NCBI GenBank assembly: GCA_019744975.1
Contig: JAIETP010000018.1
Location: 1,371 to 65,370, forward strand
Direction of reading: 5' to 3'
Source of the DNA: Burkholderiales bacterium
Lineage (GTDB): Bacteria; Pseudomonadota; Gammaproteobacteria; Burkholderiales; SG8-41
DNA length: 64,000 bases
The notes beneath the pieces are model-generated. The model saw only the letters and a program-made list of their open reading frames with translations. It was not told the origin of the DNA and did no database searches. The stretch's first letter is position 1, and each line of letters begins with the position of its first letter. Shown piece by piece: positions 46,209 to 54,748 of the stretch. Both the position numbers and the translations under genes were made by a program.

Positions 46209-47108
46209 ATGAACACCAGTCATCCCCGCCTCGGCCTGCTCGGTTTCGGCGAAGCCGCCGGCCGCCTCGCCAGGGATTTTTCGCAAGCCGGGTTCACCAG
46301 CATTCTCGGTTACAGCCGCAGCGGCGCCAGGGCGCAACCCGGCGACCTCGTCCACCGGCGCGCACAGGCGGCTGGCGTGACCCTGGTCAAGACCGTCGGC
46401 ACGCTGGCGAAAAAATCCGACATCATCATTGCGATGACGCCGGGCAAGTCCGCGCTGCCGGCGCTGAAAAAAATCCGCAAATACCTGCGCCCCGATCACC
46501 TCTATGTCGACGCCAGCAGCAACTCGGCGCACAACATGGAACAGGCCGCGGCGCTGGTCGGCAACGCCGCAAAATTTGTTGACGCCTCGATCATGGGTCC
46601 GGTGGATCTGATGGGCATCAAGGTGCCCTTCGTCGCCAGCGGCCCGCATGCCGCGGCGTTCCGCGACCTGATGACGCCGCACGGCATGGTGATCAATGTC
46701 GTCGGCGCCAACCCCGGCGACGCCAGCGCGATGAAGCTGATCCGCAGCGTGCTGATGAAAGGGCTGGCGATGCTGCTGCTCGAAACCATGGAAGCCGCGC
46801 AGCGCCGCAACATCCTCGATGCGGTGATCGAAGACTCGTCGGTCACATTCAACGAAATTCCGTTCCAGAAAATCATCAAGCGTTACGTCGGCGGCACCGC
46901 GGTGCACTGCGAGCGGCGCATCCACGAAATGAAGGAATGTCTGGAACTGCTGCAGGGCATGGGCTCCACCGACCGCGCGACCAAGGCGACCATCGCCATG
47001 CTGCGTGACATGGTCAAAATGGGCATGCCGCAGCAATTCAAGGTCGAGCCCGACACCATCCATCCGGTCATTGACGCCCTGATCGCCGCGCGCGCGAAAG
47101 CCGCCTGA
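46209..47108 (+). CDS. NAD(P)-binding 6-phosphogluconate-dehydrogenase-like oxidoreductase
   Basis: 'RLGLLGFGEAAGRLA' Rossmann fold. Start moved to MNTSHP. The long antisense ORF 45210..47117 is rejected. Confidence 0.7.
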   Translation: MNTSHPRLGLLGFGEAAGRLARDFSQAGFTSILGYSRSGARAQPGDLVHRRAQAAGVTLVKTVGTLAKKSDIIIAMTPGKSALPALKKIRKYLRPDHLYVDASSNSAHNMEQAAALVGNAAKFVDASIMGPVDLMGIKVPFVASGPHAAAFRDLMTPHGMVINVVGANPGDASAMKLIRSVLMKGLAMLLLETMEAAQRRNILDAVIEDSSVTFNEIPFQKIIKRYVGGTAVHCERRIHEMKECLELLQGMGSTDRATKATIAMLRDMVKMGMPQQFKVEPDTIHPVIDALIAARAKAA

Positions 47109-47130
47109 TCCTGACAATCAACACACATAA

Positions 47131-47225
47131 AACCGTTCGGGCTGAGCCCTTCGGCGAGCTAAGGACAGGCCCTGTCGAAGCCCTGTCGCCCTTCGACAAG
47201 CTCAGGGCGAACGGGGTTGGTTTGT
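47131..47225. repeat. REP/MITE-like element ('FDKLRANG'-type), copy 2
   Basis: 'cccttcgacaagctcagggcgaacgg' (47189-47214) matches 336-361 with 1 mismatch. Partner arms at 47133-47180. Confidence 0.75.
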
Positions 47226-47247
47226 CGCCAACCAGAAATATCTCCAC

Positions 47248-47273
47248 AATCCATCAAACTGCATTGATGGATT
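47248..47273. promoter_or_regulatory. Perfect 10-bp inverted repeat AATCCATCAA-actgca-TTGATGGATT, 13 nt upstream of the CDF transporter ATG
   Basis: Read directly. Candidate operator or 5'-UTR hairpin. Confidence 0.45.
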
Positions 47274-47286
47274 ACCAAGTAAACGC

Positions 47287-48228
47287 ATGAGCACCCCGCA
47301 GCACCACGATCACGGCCACACACATCACGGCCATGCGCATCACAGCCATGATACTGCCCTGCCCGGCCATGGCCGCGCCTTCGCCATCGGCATTGCGCTG
47401 AATATCGCGTTTGTCATCATCGAAGCCTATTACGGCTGGGTCACCGGTTCGCTGGCGCTGCTGGCGGATGCCGCGCACAACCTCGGCGATGTCGGCGGCC
47501 TGCTGCTGGCCTGGGCCGCCTTCGCCGCGGCGCGGTTGCGGCCCGATGATCGCCATACCTATGGCTGGCGCCGCGGCTCCATCCTCGCCAGTTTCATCAA
47601 TGCGGTGATCCTGCTGGTCGCCATGGGTTCGCTGGGTTGGGAAGCCGTGCGGCGTTTCCAGGAACCCTCACCGGTGGAAGCCGGCACGGTGATGATCGTG
47701 GCGGCAATCGGCGTGCTGATCAATGCCGCGACCGCCGCACTGTTCATGGCCGGACGCAAGGAAGACCTGAACATCCGAGGTGCTTTCATGCACATGGCCG
47801 CCGACGCGCTGGTCTCCGTCGGCGTGGTGATCGCCGGAGCACTCTACCTGTGGCAGGGCTGGACCTGGATTGATCCGCTGACCAGCCTGATCATCGCGCT
47901 GGTGGTGGTCGTCGGCACCTGGTCGCTGTTCAAACAATCACTGCACCTGCTGTTCGACGGCGTGCCCGAACACATCAAGCTGCCGGAAGTGCGCGACTGC
48001 CTGCAGGCCATCGCCGGCGTCGCCTCGGTGCACGACCTCCACGTATGGGCGATGAGCACCGCGGAACCCGCCCTGACCGCGCACCTCGTCACCCGCGGCG
48101 AGCGCGGCGCGGATGCCATCCTGCAGGAAGCACAACACACGCTGCACCAACGTTTCGGTATCAACCATGTCACGTTGCAGATTGAAGCGGAAGCCTGTGC
48201 CGCGGCTTGTGCGCCTGGTCACAGCTGA
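47287..48228 (+). CDS. Cation diffusion facilitator family metal exporter (CzcD/ZitB-like)
   Basis: His-rich N-terminus 'HHDHGHTHHGHAHHSH'. 'SLALLADAAHNLGD', 'HMAADALVS'. Confidence 0.9.
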   Translation: MSTPQHHDHGHTHHGHAHHSHDTALPGHGRAFAIGIALNIAFVIIEAYYGWVTGSLALLADAAHNLGDVGGLLLAWAAFAAARLRPDDRHTYGWRRGSILASFINAVILLVAMGSLGWEAVRRFQEPSPVEAGTVMIVAAIGVLINAATAALFMAGRKEDLNIRGAFMHMAADALVSVGVVIAGALYLWQGWTWIDPLTSLIIALVVVVGTWSLFKQSLHLLFDGVPEHIKLPEVRDCLQAIAGVASVHDLHVWAMSTAEPALTAHLVTRGERGADAILQEAQHTLHQRFGINHVTLQIEAEACAAACAPGHS

Positions 48229-48249
48229 TCCATTGCCGTCGGAAACCTG

Positions 48250-49092
48250 ATGGCCATCGACGTGATGCTCGCGGTATTGCTCGGCGCGCTGCTGCACGCC
48301 GTGTGGAACGCGATGATCCGCGGCTCGGCAGACCGCACGCTGGATACCATGCTGGTGGTTGCCGGCGCAGGCTTCATCATGATCTGCGCGCTGCCTTTTG
48401 TTCCGCTGCCCGCAGCCGCCAGCTGGCCGTACCTGATCACCTCCGGCATCATCCACGTCGCCTATTTCCTGCTGGTCGCACTGTCATACCGTCACGGCGA
48501 GTTGAGTTTTGTCTATCCGATCATGCGCGGCTCGGCACCCGCGATCTCGGCCATCGCCGCGGCATTGCTGCTCGCCGAAATACCCGCCGCCGGCGGCTGG
48601 CTGGGCGTGGCGCTGATCTGCGCCGGCGTCATGTTGCTGGCCGGTGACTCCTGGCGCAGCGGATCTTTCCATGGTCGCGCCGCATTGTTCGCCATCGGCA
48701 CCGCAGGCGTGATTGTTGTGTACACCCTCGTCGATGGCATCGGCGTGCGTTTGTCGCAACATGCGGCGAGTTATACCGGCTGGGTATTCCTGCTGACCGC
48801 GCTTCCGCTGCTGTTGATTTTCCTCGCACGTGATCGCGCAGGCACCATCACCTACCTGCAACAACACTGGCGGCGCGGACTGTTCGGCGGCGCCTGCACC
48901 CTCGCCTCGTATGCACTGGCCTTGTGGGCGATGACCCGGGCACCGATTGCGCTGGTTGCGGCGCTGCGTGAAACATCCGTGGTGTTCGCGGTGCTGATTG
49001 CCGCGATCGTGCTGCGCGAACGCATCACCCGCATCCGTTACCTGTCGATATTGATCGTCACCGCCGGCGCCGCAGCCATCAAACTGGCGTAA
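48250..49092 (+). CDS. EamA/DMT-superfamily transporter
   Basis: 10 hydrophobic segments over 280 aa, two EamA-like halves. Confidence 0.75.
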   Translation: MAIDVMLAVLLGALLHAVWNAMIRGSADRTLDTMLVVAGAGFIMICALPFVPLPAAASWPYLITSGIIHVAYFLLVALSYRHGELSFVYPIMRGSAPAISAIAAALLLAEIPAAGGWLGVALICAGVMLLAGDSWRSGSFHGRAALFAIGTAGVIVVYTLVDGIGVRLSQHAASYTGWVFLLTALPLLLIFLARDRAGTITYLQQHWRRGLFGGACTLASYALALWAMTRAPIALVAALRETSVVFAVLIAAIVLRERITRIRYLSILIVTAGAAAIKLA

Positions 49093-49100
49093 TGCCCGCG

Positions 49101-49140
49101 AAATAACAATAAGTATTTGATTTTATTGATATTTTTATAT
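49101..49140 (-). repeat. AT-rich dispersed motif, copy d (core 49109-49128, reverse orientation)
   Basis: Minus strand 'atataaaaatatcaataaaatcaaatacttattgttattt'. Lies between convergent gene ends. Confidence 0.85.
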
Positions 49141-49148
49141 CGCTCATT

Positions 49149-50270
49149 TCACCCATCGCCGAGGCGCATGCCGAGCGTCGCGGCCTGCCGCTGTTCATAA
49201 CTTTTACGCGCGGCGTCGTGCTGCTGGCCGATGATGCCGCCGCGCACCGTGCCCTTGCCTATGGCTTTGTAGAGTACCTTCCAGCTCTGCGGCAGTTGAT
49301 CACCATCCGGGGGCGCCAGCCACAGACGAAACAACAAACGTTTTTGCGCCGGATCCTCGTGATCGGTGAAATCGGTACGCGAATGCAGCGTGACATGGCT
49401 GTTGATGATCTGCAGATCACCCGGCTGCAGCCACATCGAATGCGCGAGGTCGGCACGGCGCACCAGTGCATCAAAGGCCTCCAGCGCCGCCCAGTGCTGC
49501 ATGGACAATTGCGGCACACCGTCGAGTTTCTGCGCCGAGGTCACGCGATTGCGATTCCATTTGCTGAACAGTTTTCCGTCTCGCGTATCGAAAACCGGAT
49601 GCGGATAGGACGGCGCCTCATCCGGCGCCTGCTCACCCTGCCGGCTGAAATGAATCGGCTGATGCAGATAATCGGCGAGCTCCGGATGTTCACGCCGCAT
49701 CGCATGCCAGGCCGCCACCGAACTGGTGGTGATGCTCATGCCGCCGGAGGCTGCCCTGTTGTAACAGCTCAGCGCAACCACGTCGGCGGAATCGGTATGG
49801 AAATCCAGCTCGGCATTCGAGTTGTAACCGCGGCCGGTACCGGTGCGGTAGGCGTTGCCGGCGTCGCGCACCGCGGAAATGTAATGACTCTGCTTGCCCT
49901 GCGGCCGGCCGACACCGTGGTGCAGACCGATGCCCCAGGTCAGGATCTCGAAATCTTTTTCGTCGAGCCCCTCGCGCGGCAGGCCGCGGATCAGCGCCAC
50001 ACCACGCCCGTGCTGCATTTCGGCGAAGGCCGCGGCAAGCACCGGACCGGCGCTGCCCGGATCAAAATCCTCTCGGCGGTAATCAAACAGTGTTTTGTCG
50101 CGGTCCAGTGCGCGGGTCAGCGCCGCAACGAGGTCGCAGCGCGCGCGGTCATCGAGGACGAACAACCAGCGCGGCCGGTCGGCTTCGAATTCAGCCGCAG
50201 TCCATGCGGCCGGTGTGTCGTGTAACTGGAAAGTCACCCGGGTAGGGTGGGCAAAGCGAAGCGTGCCCAC
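49149..50270 (-). CDS. TauD/TfdA-family Fe(II)/2-oxoglutarate dioxygenase
   Basis: 'LDFHTDSAD' (HxD), 'LHSRTDF', 'RLLFRLW'. The GTG start at 50270 lies inside a REP-like hairpin; an alternative GTG is at 50237. Confidence 0.8.
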   Translation of the reverse strand: MGTLRFAHPTRVTFQLHDTPAAWTAAEFEADRPRWLFVLDDRARCDLVAALTRALDRDKTLFDYRREDFDPGSAGPVLAAAFAEMQHGRGVALIRGLPREGLDEKDFEILTWGIGLHHGVGRPQGKQSHYISAVRDAGNAYRTGTGRGYNSNAELDFHTDSADVVALSCYNRAASGGMSITTSSVAAWHAMRREHPELADYLHQPIHFSRQGEQAPDEAPSYPHPVFDTRDGKLFSKWNRNRVTSAQKLDGVPQLSMQHWAALEAFDALVRRADLAHSMWLQPGDLQIINSHVTLHSRTDFTDHEDPAQKRLLFRLWLAPPDGDQLPQSWKVLYKAIGKGTVRGGIIGQQHDAARKSYEQRQAATLGMRLGDG

Positions 50271-50282
50271 GCGAAAGAAACG

Positions 50283-51212
50283 TTACTCCACCAGCGCCAT
50301 CACAAAATCGCTCTTGGCTGCCGAACAGTCCGGGCAGAACCAGCTCTCCGGCACATCCTCCCAGGGCGTGCCCGGTGCGACGCCGTCGTGCGGCATGCCC
50401 TGGGCTTCGTCATAGACGAAGGCACACAGCATGCATTGCCAGACCCGGGTACCGGGTGCGCCCCTGGCGGTCTGCGGCACAGCGGCAGCCTGCGCAATCG
50501 CACGCGGGAAATGCAGCACCAGCACATCGAGTCCTTCGGCGCCGGCGACCAGTTCGAACGGCCCCTCCTGCGGCTTCACGAAAGCCACCGACAGCGCCTT
50601 GTATTCCCTGCCTTCGTAATGCAGGCTGCCGCGGACGATGATCAGGTACTGGCCGTTGCTGCCTGACGGATCGGGGGCCAGTGCATGCGTGTTCGGCGCC
50701 ACGCTCATCGAGTAACTGGCGAGTCCCTCCTCGTCCTTCAGTTCGGCAAAGGTATGCAATGCCGCATCGGGTGTGGTCGGTTCGAATTTCGGTAATTCAG
50801 TCGCCTGCCAGGGCTTGCGGTTTTCCAGCGATTTCAGTTTGGCCATCGTTTGCGGATCGTCCAGGTACTGCGCACCAGGATCCTTCTGCGCACGCAGCGT
50901 GAGGAAACCCATTTGCCGGCCAAACACGATGGGGCCGTACGGCGTATGGCGGCGGGAAAAATGCACCGCATTGACCTGCAGCTGATGTTTGCCGAGCACA
51001 CCATCGCCGCTGACAATGACCTGATACTGGTCGTTATCGTGGAAATGCGAACGGATCTCGCGGCCCGGAGTGCCTTCGACCAGGAAAGCCTGGGCCGTCA
51101 CCGGATCGTTCGGATCGGGATCGATGAAAGGCGTGCGCCACGCAGTGCCGGTCGGGACCTGGCGCTCCTTGCGCTGTGCTTTGACGTCATCGAACGAGGC
51201 GATCTGGGGCAT
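50283..51212 (-). CDS. Bicupin-rubredoxin fusion protein
   Basis: Cupin 1 '[15 protein letters not shown]', cupin 2 '[15 protein letters not shown]', C-terminal rubredoxin '[33 protein letters not shown]'. Start MPQIASF with RBS 'aggag'. Confidence 0.75.
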   Translation of the reverse strand: MPQIASFDDVKAQRKERQVPTGTAWRTPFIDPDPNDPVTAQAFLVEGTPGREIRSHFHDNDQYQVIVSGDGVLGKHQLQVNAVHFSRRHTPYGPIVFGRQMGFLTLRAQKDPGAQYLDDPQTMAKLKSLENRKPWQATELPKFEPTTPDAALHTFAELKDEEGLASYSMSVAPNTHALAPDPSGSNGQYLIIVRGSLHYEGREYKALSVAFVKPQEGPFELVAGAEGLDVLVLHFPRAIAQAAAVPQTARGAPGTRVWQCMLCAFVYDEAQGMPHDGVAPGTPWEDVPESWFCPDCSAAKSDFVMALVE

Positions 51213-51319
51213 GGCGGACTCCTGCTGCAAACGGGTGATGACAATGGCGCCCATTATAGTGGCCGCGACGGCCGCAGCGCTGCGCATCAATCAATATATG
51301 GACACTCCCTGCGCCCTGC

Positions 51320-52477
51320 TCAGGCCAGCCGGCCGCCCAGGCGTTCGGCCAGCCAGTCCGCCACCAGATTCGCGCCGACCTGGCGATTGTCCTCCTGGCA
51401 GTGGTCGCTGCCGCCGTCATGCGCGGTGAGGATTTTCAGCGTCTTGTCCGCGGAGCCCACGATCCCGATCAGGCGCTGCGCGAATTCCAGCGGCACGATG
51501 TTGTCGTTTTCGCCGTGGATGCAGTAGAACGGACAGCGGATTTTTTCCGCGACGCCGGCCAGCCGGTAGTTTTCGAGTTTTTTCATGCACGCCTCCATGT
51601 CGGGCATGCCGAGCACCCAGGGCAACTGGAAGGACGGCGCCGATATTTTCGTGCCGCCGCTCTCCATGATCCTGCGCCGCCGCACCCAGGCCTCGTGATA
51701 ATCAAAATGCCCACCCCAGGCCACGCAGGCGGCGAAACGCGGCTCCAGCGCCGCCGCGCGCGGCGCGTAATAACCGCCCATGCTGAAACCCATCACCGCG
51801 ATGCGTTTGGCATCAACGTCACCGCGGCCGGCCAGAAAATCGTACGCCGCCCGCGCCGGCACCTCGTAATCATGGCGGCTGGGAATGCCCTGCAGCCGCA
51901 GCGCCTCGCCCTGCCCCGGACCGTCGATCGCCAGCACATGGATGCCGCGGCGGGTGATCTCCGCGCCGCCGAACAGCACACTCATCTCCTTCGCGTTGTC
52001 CAGGCCGTCGAACATCACCACCGCCGGTGCGGCACCGGTGACATCCGCCTTGTAGAACCAGGCCGGCAGTGTCGTGCCCTCGAAGGGCACTTCGACCCGC
52101 GCGATCGTCGGATAACGCCGCGCGATGCCCTTGGCGAAACAGCGCAGGCAGCTGCGATAGGTATCCCATTTGCGCTCCGAAGGCGCGATAAAGCGTTCAC
52201 CGCAGAAATAATAAATCGCGGCGCGCAGATAATAACTGCCGGCGGTCAGCGGGTGGCCTTCGCGTTCGGCGGCATCGGCAAAACCCTCCACCCGCTGCGC
52301 CATCGCCGTCCACTCCTGCCACCAGCGCTCGTTGTCGCCGACATGCGCCTTCAGTTTCTGCCCGACCTGGTCGATCTCGCCAATCGCCGCCGCACCCCAG
52401 GTCTGCATCTCGATGCCGAACATCATGCCCTGCGACCACATGTGGTTGCCGGGGAAATACTCGAACCAGTGACTCAT
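51320..52477 (-). CDS. Alpha/beta hydrolase with N-terminal helical domain (FrsA / 2,6-dihydroxypseudooxynicotine-hydrolase-like)
   Basis: Nucleophile elbow 'GFSMGG', 'HGENDNIVP', long helical N-domain. Confidence 0.7.
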   Translation of the reverse strand: MSHWFEYFPGNHMWSQGMMFGIEMQTWGAAAIGEIDQVGQKLKAHVGDNERWWQEWTAMAQRVEGFADAAEREGHPLTAGSYYLRAAIYYFCGERFIAPSERKWDTYRSCLRCFAKGIARRYPTIARVEVPFEGTTLPAWFYKADVTGAAPAVVMFDGLDNAKEMSVLFGGAEITRRGIHVLAIDGPGQGEALRLQGIPSRHDYEVPARAAYDFLAGRGDVDAKRIAVMGFSMGGYYAPRAAALEPRFAACVAWGGHFDYHEAWVRRRRIMESGGTKISAPSFQLPWVLGMPDMEACMKKLENYRLAGVAEKIRCPFYCIHGENDNIVPLEFAQRLIGIVGSADKTLKILTAHDGGSDHCQEDNRQVGANLVADWLAERLGGRLA

Positions 52478-52499
52478 TGCCGCTTACTCCCTGTTGTCA

Positions 52500-52685
52500 T
52501 CAACGGATTTCCAGAGACAGCATATACCGCTGCACCCGCCCCTCGCGCATCACATCCGCGCCGGGTGCCACGTCCACCGTGTAGCGGTCGCTACAGGGCA
52601 GACGGCCCTGCCAGCGCAGACCTTCGGCATTCAGCGGCGCACCGTATTCCTCGCCACGGCAGGAATACAGCGTCATTGTCAGCAT
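52500..52685 (-). CDS. Small hypothetical protein (about 58-72 aa) leading the hydrolase operon
   Basis: ORF 52500..52718. G/C-rich third positions. Stop lies 22 bp before the hydrolase start. Start is ambiguous (52718 GTG, 52685 or 52676 ATG). Confidence 0.35.
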   Translation of the reverse strand: MLTMTLYSCRGEEYGAPLNAEGLRWQGRLPCSDRYTVDVAPGADVMREGRVQRYMLSLEIR

Positions 52686-52787
52686 GCCCTTGTCACCGCC
52701 GACGGGCGTCAAGGTCACATTGGCCTGCTCACGGTGCCGCGCACAGTGCCCGCGACTTCTCCGGGGCGGAAGCGGCGGGATGCAAAA

Positions 52788-53354
52788 TCAGCGCCCGAAC
52801 AATCCGCGCAATGCGTTCACCGCATCGATAGCCTGCTTCGCGGTATCCGGCTCTGCAGGCGCTTTGGCCGCCGGCGCCGCGGGCGCGGTTGAGGATGTTG
52901 CGGCTTCGGAGCCCGCCGCTGCGGCGCTTGCAGGCTGCGCGGGGGCAACTGCGGGAGCCGCAATCTTTTTCTGATTCATGAAATACATGATCTCCACCGA
53001 TCCATTGCTGTCATTCAGGATCGGAACACCGGCTTCACGCCTGCCCGGGCCGTTGTAATAGGCGCGCACATCGGCCATCGAAGCGCGGACCAGGTAGACA
53101 TACACCATGGGCTTGCCCTGGTTCTCCGCGGTTTTCTCGCCGGAACGCCTGCTGTCCAGTTTTGCCCCCGGGTACGGTGCGCCGCCGAGAGTGTCCGCGG
53201 AGGGCGGAGATTTGGCGATGCGCGCGGCCCAGTCACGTTCCTCTTTCGCGGATGCCACATAGTCGGCCCTTGAGAGCGGACTGGCGACCAACAAGCTCGC
53301 CGCTATGAATATCAAAGCAGCCCGTACGACTGCGCCTAGTATGATAATTTTCAA
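52788..53354 (-). CDS. Hypothetical secreted protein with Ala/Pro-rich C-terminal region
   Basis: In-frame TTG at 53354 with RBS 'agggg' gives the signal peptide 'MKIIILGAVVRAALIFIAASLLVASPLSRA'. The longest ORF starts at GTG 53405. Confidence 0.55.
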   Translation of the reverse strand: MKIIILGAVVRAALIFIAASLLVASPLSRADYVASAKEERDWAARIAKSPPSADTLGGAPYPGAKLDSRRSGEKTAENQGKPMVYVYLVRASMADVRAYYNGPGRREAGVPILNDSNGSVEIMYFMNQKKIAAPAVAPAQPASAAAAGSEAATSSTAPAAPAAKAPAEPDTAKQAIDAVNALRGLFGR

Positions 53355-53425
53355 GGCATGCCCCTGATTGTAAGTAACGTTCAATTTTTGCTTCCGAGAA
53401 AACACTTACACTGAACCCATTTTAT

Positions 53426-54616
53426 TTATTGCTTTGGTTCGACCACATACTTAAGAAAAACCGAAGCGCTACCGTCCTGACACCCCACTCCCCGCCCCTC
53501 AGCTCCAGTGACAGCAAACCCCACCCTAGCCCCTTCGTTTGCGACTTGTGTTTGAAGTAAGTTAAGCACGAGATTAGTCGCCATGGAAACGCTCACTTGA
53601 GCACCGATAACCTTTTCATTTGTTCTCGCCGCAAGCGGAATAAAAAGAACGCCATCACGAGACTCCCCGCAGCGAACATTAAAATAAGATGCGGGGATTG
53701 GTGCTGTTCGGAGTTCAAGAAGTTCTGCGTTTATCCCCGGATCACTTGCCGTATGCAATCTTAACCCCCCCGTAGCAGCCAATAAACGGCCAGCCTCACT
53801 TTGGGCAAACTTAAAAGCGTGAACAAAATAAGTATACGACTCGGCTGATCGACTTGCTGGTCTTACCATAGTGGAATGATTTGCCAGAGAGGCCCGCGGA
53901 TTTGTCGTGCAGAGAAAAGATGCGCTGTGTTGCGGAACAATTACCCTACCAGCAACCATACCCTCAACCTCATAAGCACAGAAAGACCAAATTCTCTGCG
54001 GATAACGTGTATTTGGATTTTCCGCTGTAGAAAGCCATCGCCGCGAATATGCCGCAACGTCAGATTCCCGCGCAAAGGGCTTAAGGTTATTAAATTGAGG
54101 ATTGGCACTTACTGCCGCTGCAAGGCCCGCCAAATCAGCGCCCGCCGATGGAGTCCCATAAAAGTAAATCATCGGGACCTTTGTAGCCGGTATCTGAAGC
54201 TGCGTAAGCATGTCTCGAACAATTAACCCGCCCATGCTGTGTGTCAAAAAATAAATCTTTTCATGCTCTTGAATGACACCCTGCGCGTTAAGCTCATCGG
54301 CCAGTTTTCTGGCCACCTCCTCCACGTTCTGTGCAACTCCAGTTTTTGGTGAATAAAAACTGAATACCCATACATTCGCAGAAGAAAATTGTGAATCCAA
54401 CCGTATCAAGTCCGGCCAATAAGCCCCAGTCGCCGTGTTAGTCCAAGTATCTCTTGCGTCACCAGTCACGCCGTGCACGAAAATGATTACGTTTCGACGA
54501 CTTTTATCAAACTGCACATAACTGCTCGCCCCAGCAGATTGCGCATGAACTTTCTGCACAGAACACGGCATAGTGGCCATTAAAATTGTGATGAATACGT
54601 AAATTGCACGACTCAT
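53426..54616 (-). CDS. Secreted alpha/beta-hydrolase (lipase/esterase, PGAP1/DUF676-like) with unknown C-terminal domain
   Basis: Signal 'MSRAIYVFITILMATMPCSVQKVHA'. 'VIIFVHGVTGD', nucleophile elbow 'THSMGG'. Lower-GC patch (28/60 GC in line 53941-54000). Confidence 0.7.
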   Translation of the reverse strand: MSRAIYVFITILMATMPCSVQKVHAQSAGASSYVQFDKSRRNVIIFVHGVTGDARDTWTNTATGAYWPDLIRLDSQFSSANVWVFSFYSPKTGVAQNVEEVARKLADELNAQGVIQEHEKIYFLTHSMGGLIVRDMLTQLQIPATKVPMIYFYGTPSAGADLAGLAAAVSANPQFNNLKPFARESDVAAYSRRWLSTAENPNTRYPQRIWSFCAYEVEGMVAGRVIVPQHSASFLCTTNPRASLANHSTMVRPASRSAESYTYFVHAFKFAQSEAGRLLAATGGLRLHTASDPGINAELLELRTAPIPASYFNVRCGESRDGVLFIPLAARTNEKVIGAQVSVSMATNLVLNLLQTQVANEGARVGFAVTGAEGRGVGCQDGSASVFLKYVVEPKQ

Positions 54617-54748
54617 GGATACCCTCCCCCGAGAAAGCCATTATTGCTAAGCATAATGCGAAATATAAAATATATATGCGCACACTTAATACAAATACCA
54701 TGCAATTTTTGAACAAGCCATTGATAGGAAAAAATAAATTCCGATTAG

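Noticed and set aside
45210-47117. 635-aa minus-strand ORF spanning the ankyrin and oxidoreductase genes. Similar long ORFs occur at 9114-10502, 16666-17868, 24028-25566, 25935-27416, 51401-52831, 57260-58828 and 60894-62222.
   Set aside because: Each lies antisense to a gene with clear family motifs. The translations are Arg/Gly/His/Ala-rich and low in complexity, with no recognisable domains. Stop-free antisense frames are typical of high-GC DNA.
47109-47286. NiCo (czcD-motif) riboswitch upstream of the CDF exporter.
   Set aside because: Most of the leader is homologous to the REP-like element at 331-412, which is not next to a metal gene. I could not recognise the conserved riboswitch core from memory. 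A covariance-model scan (Rfam czcD) would be needed to settle this.
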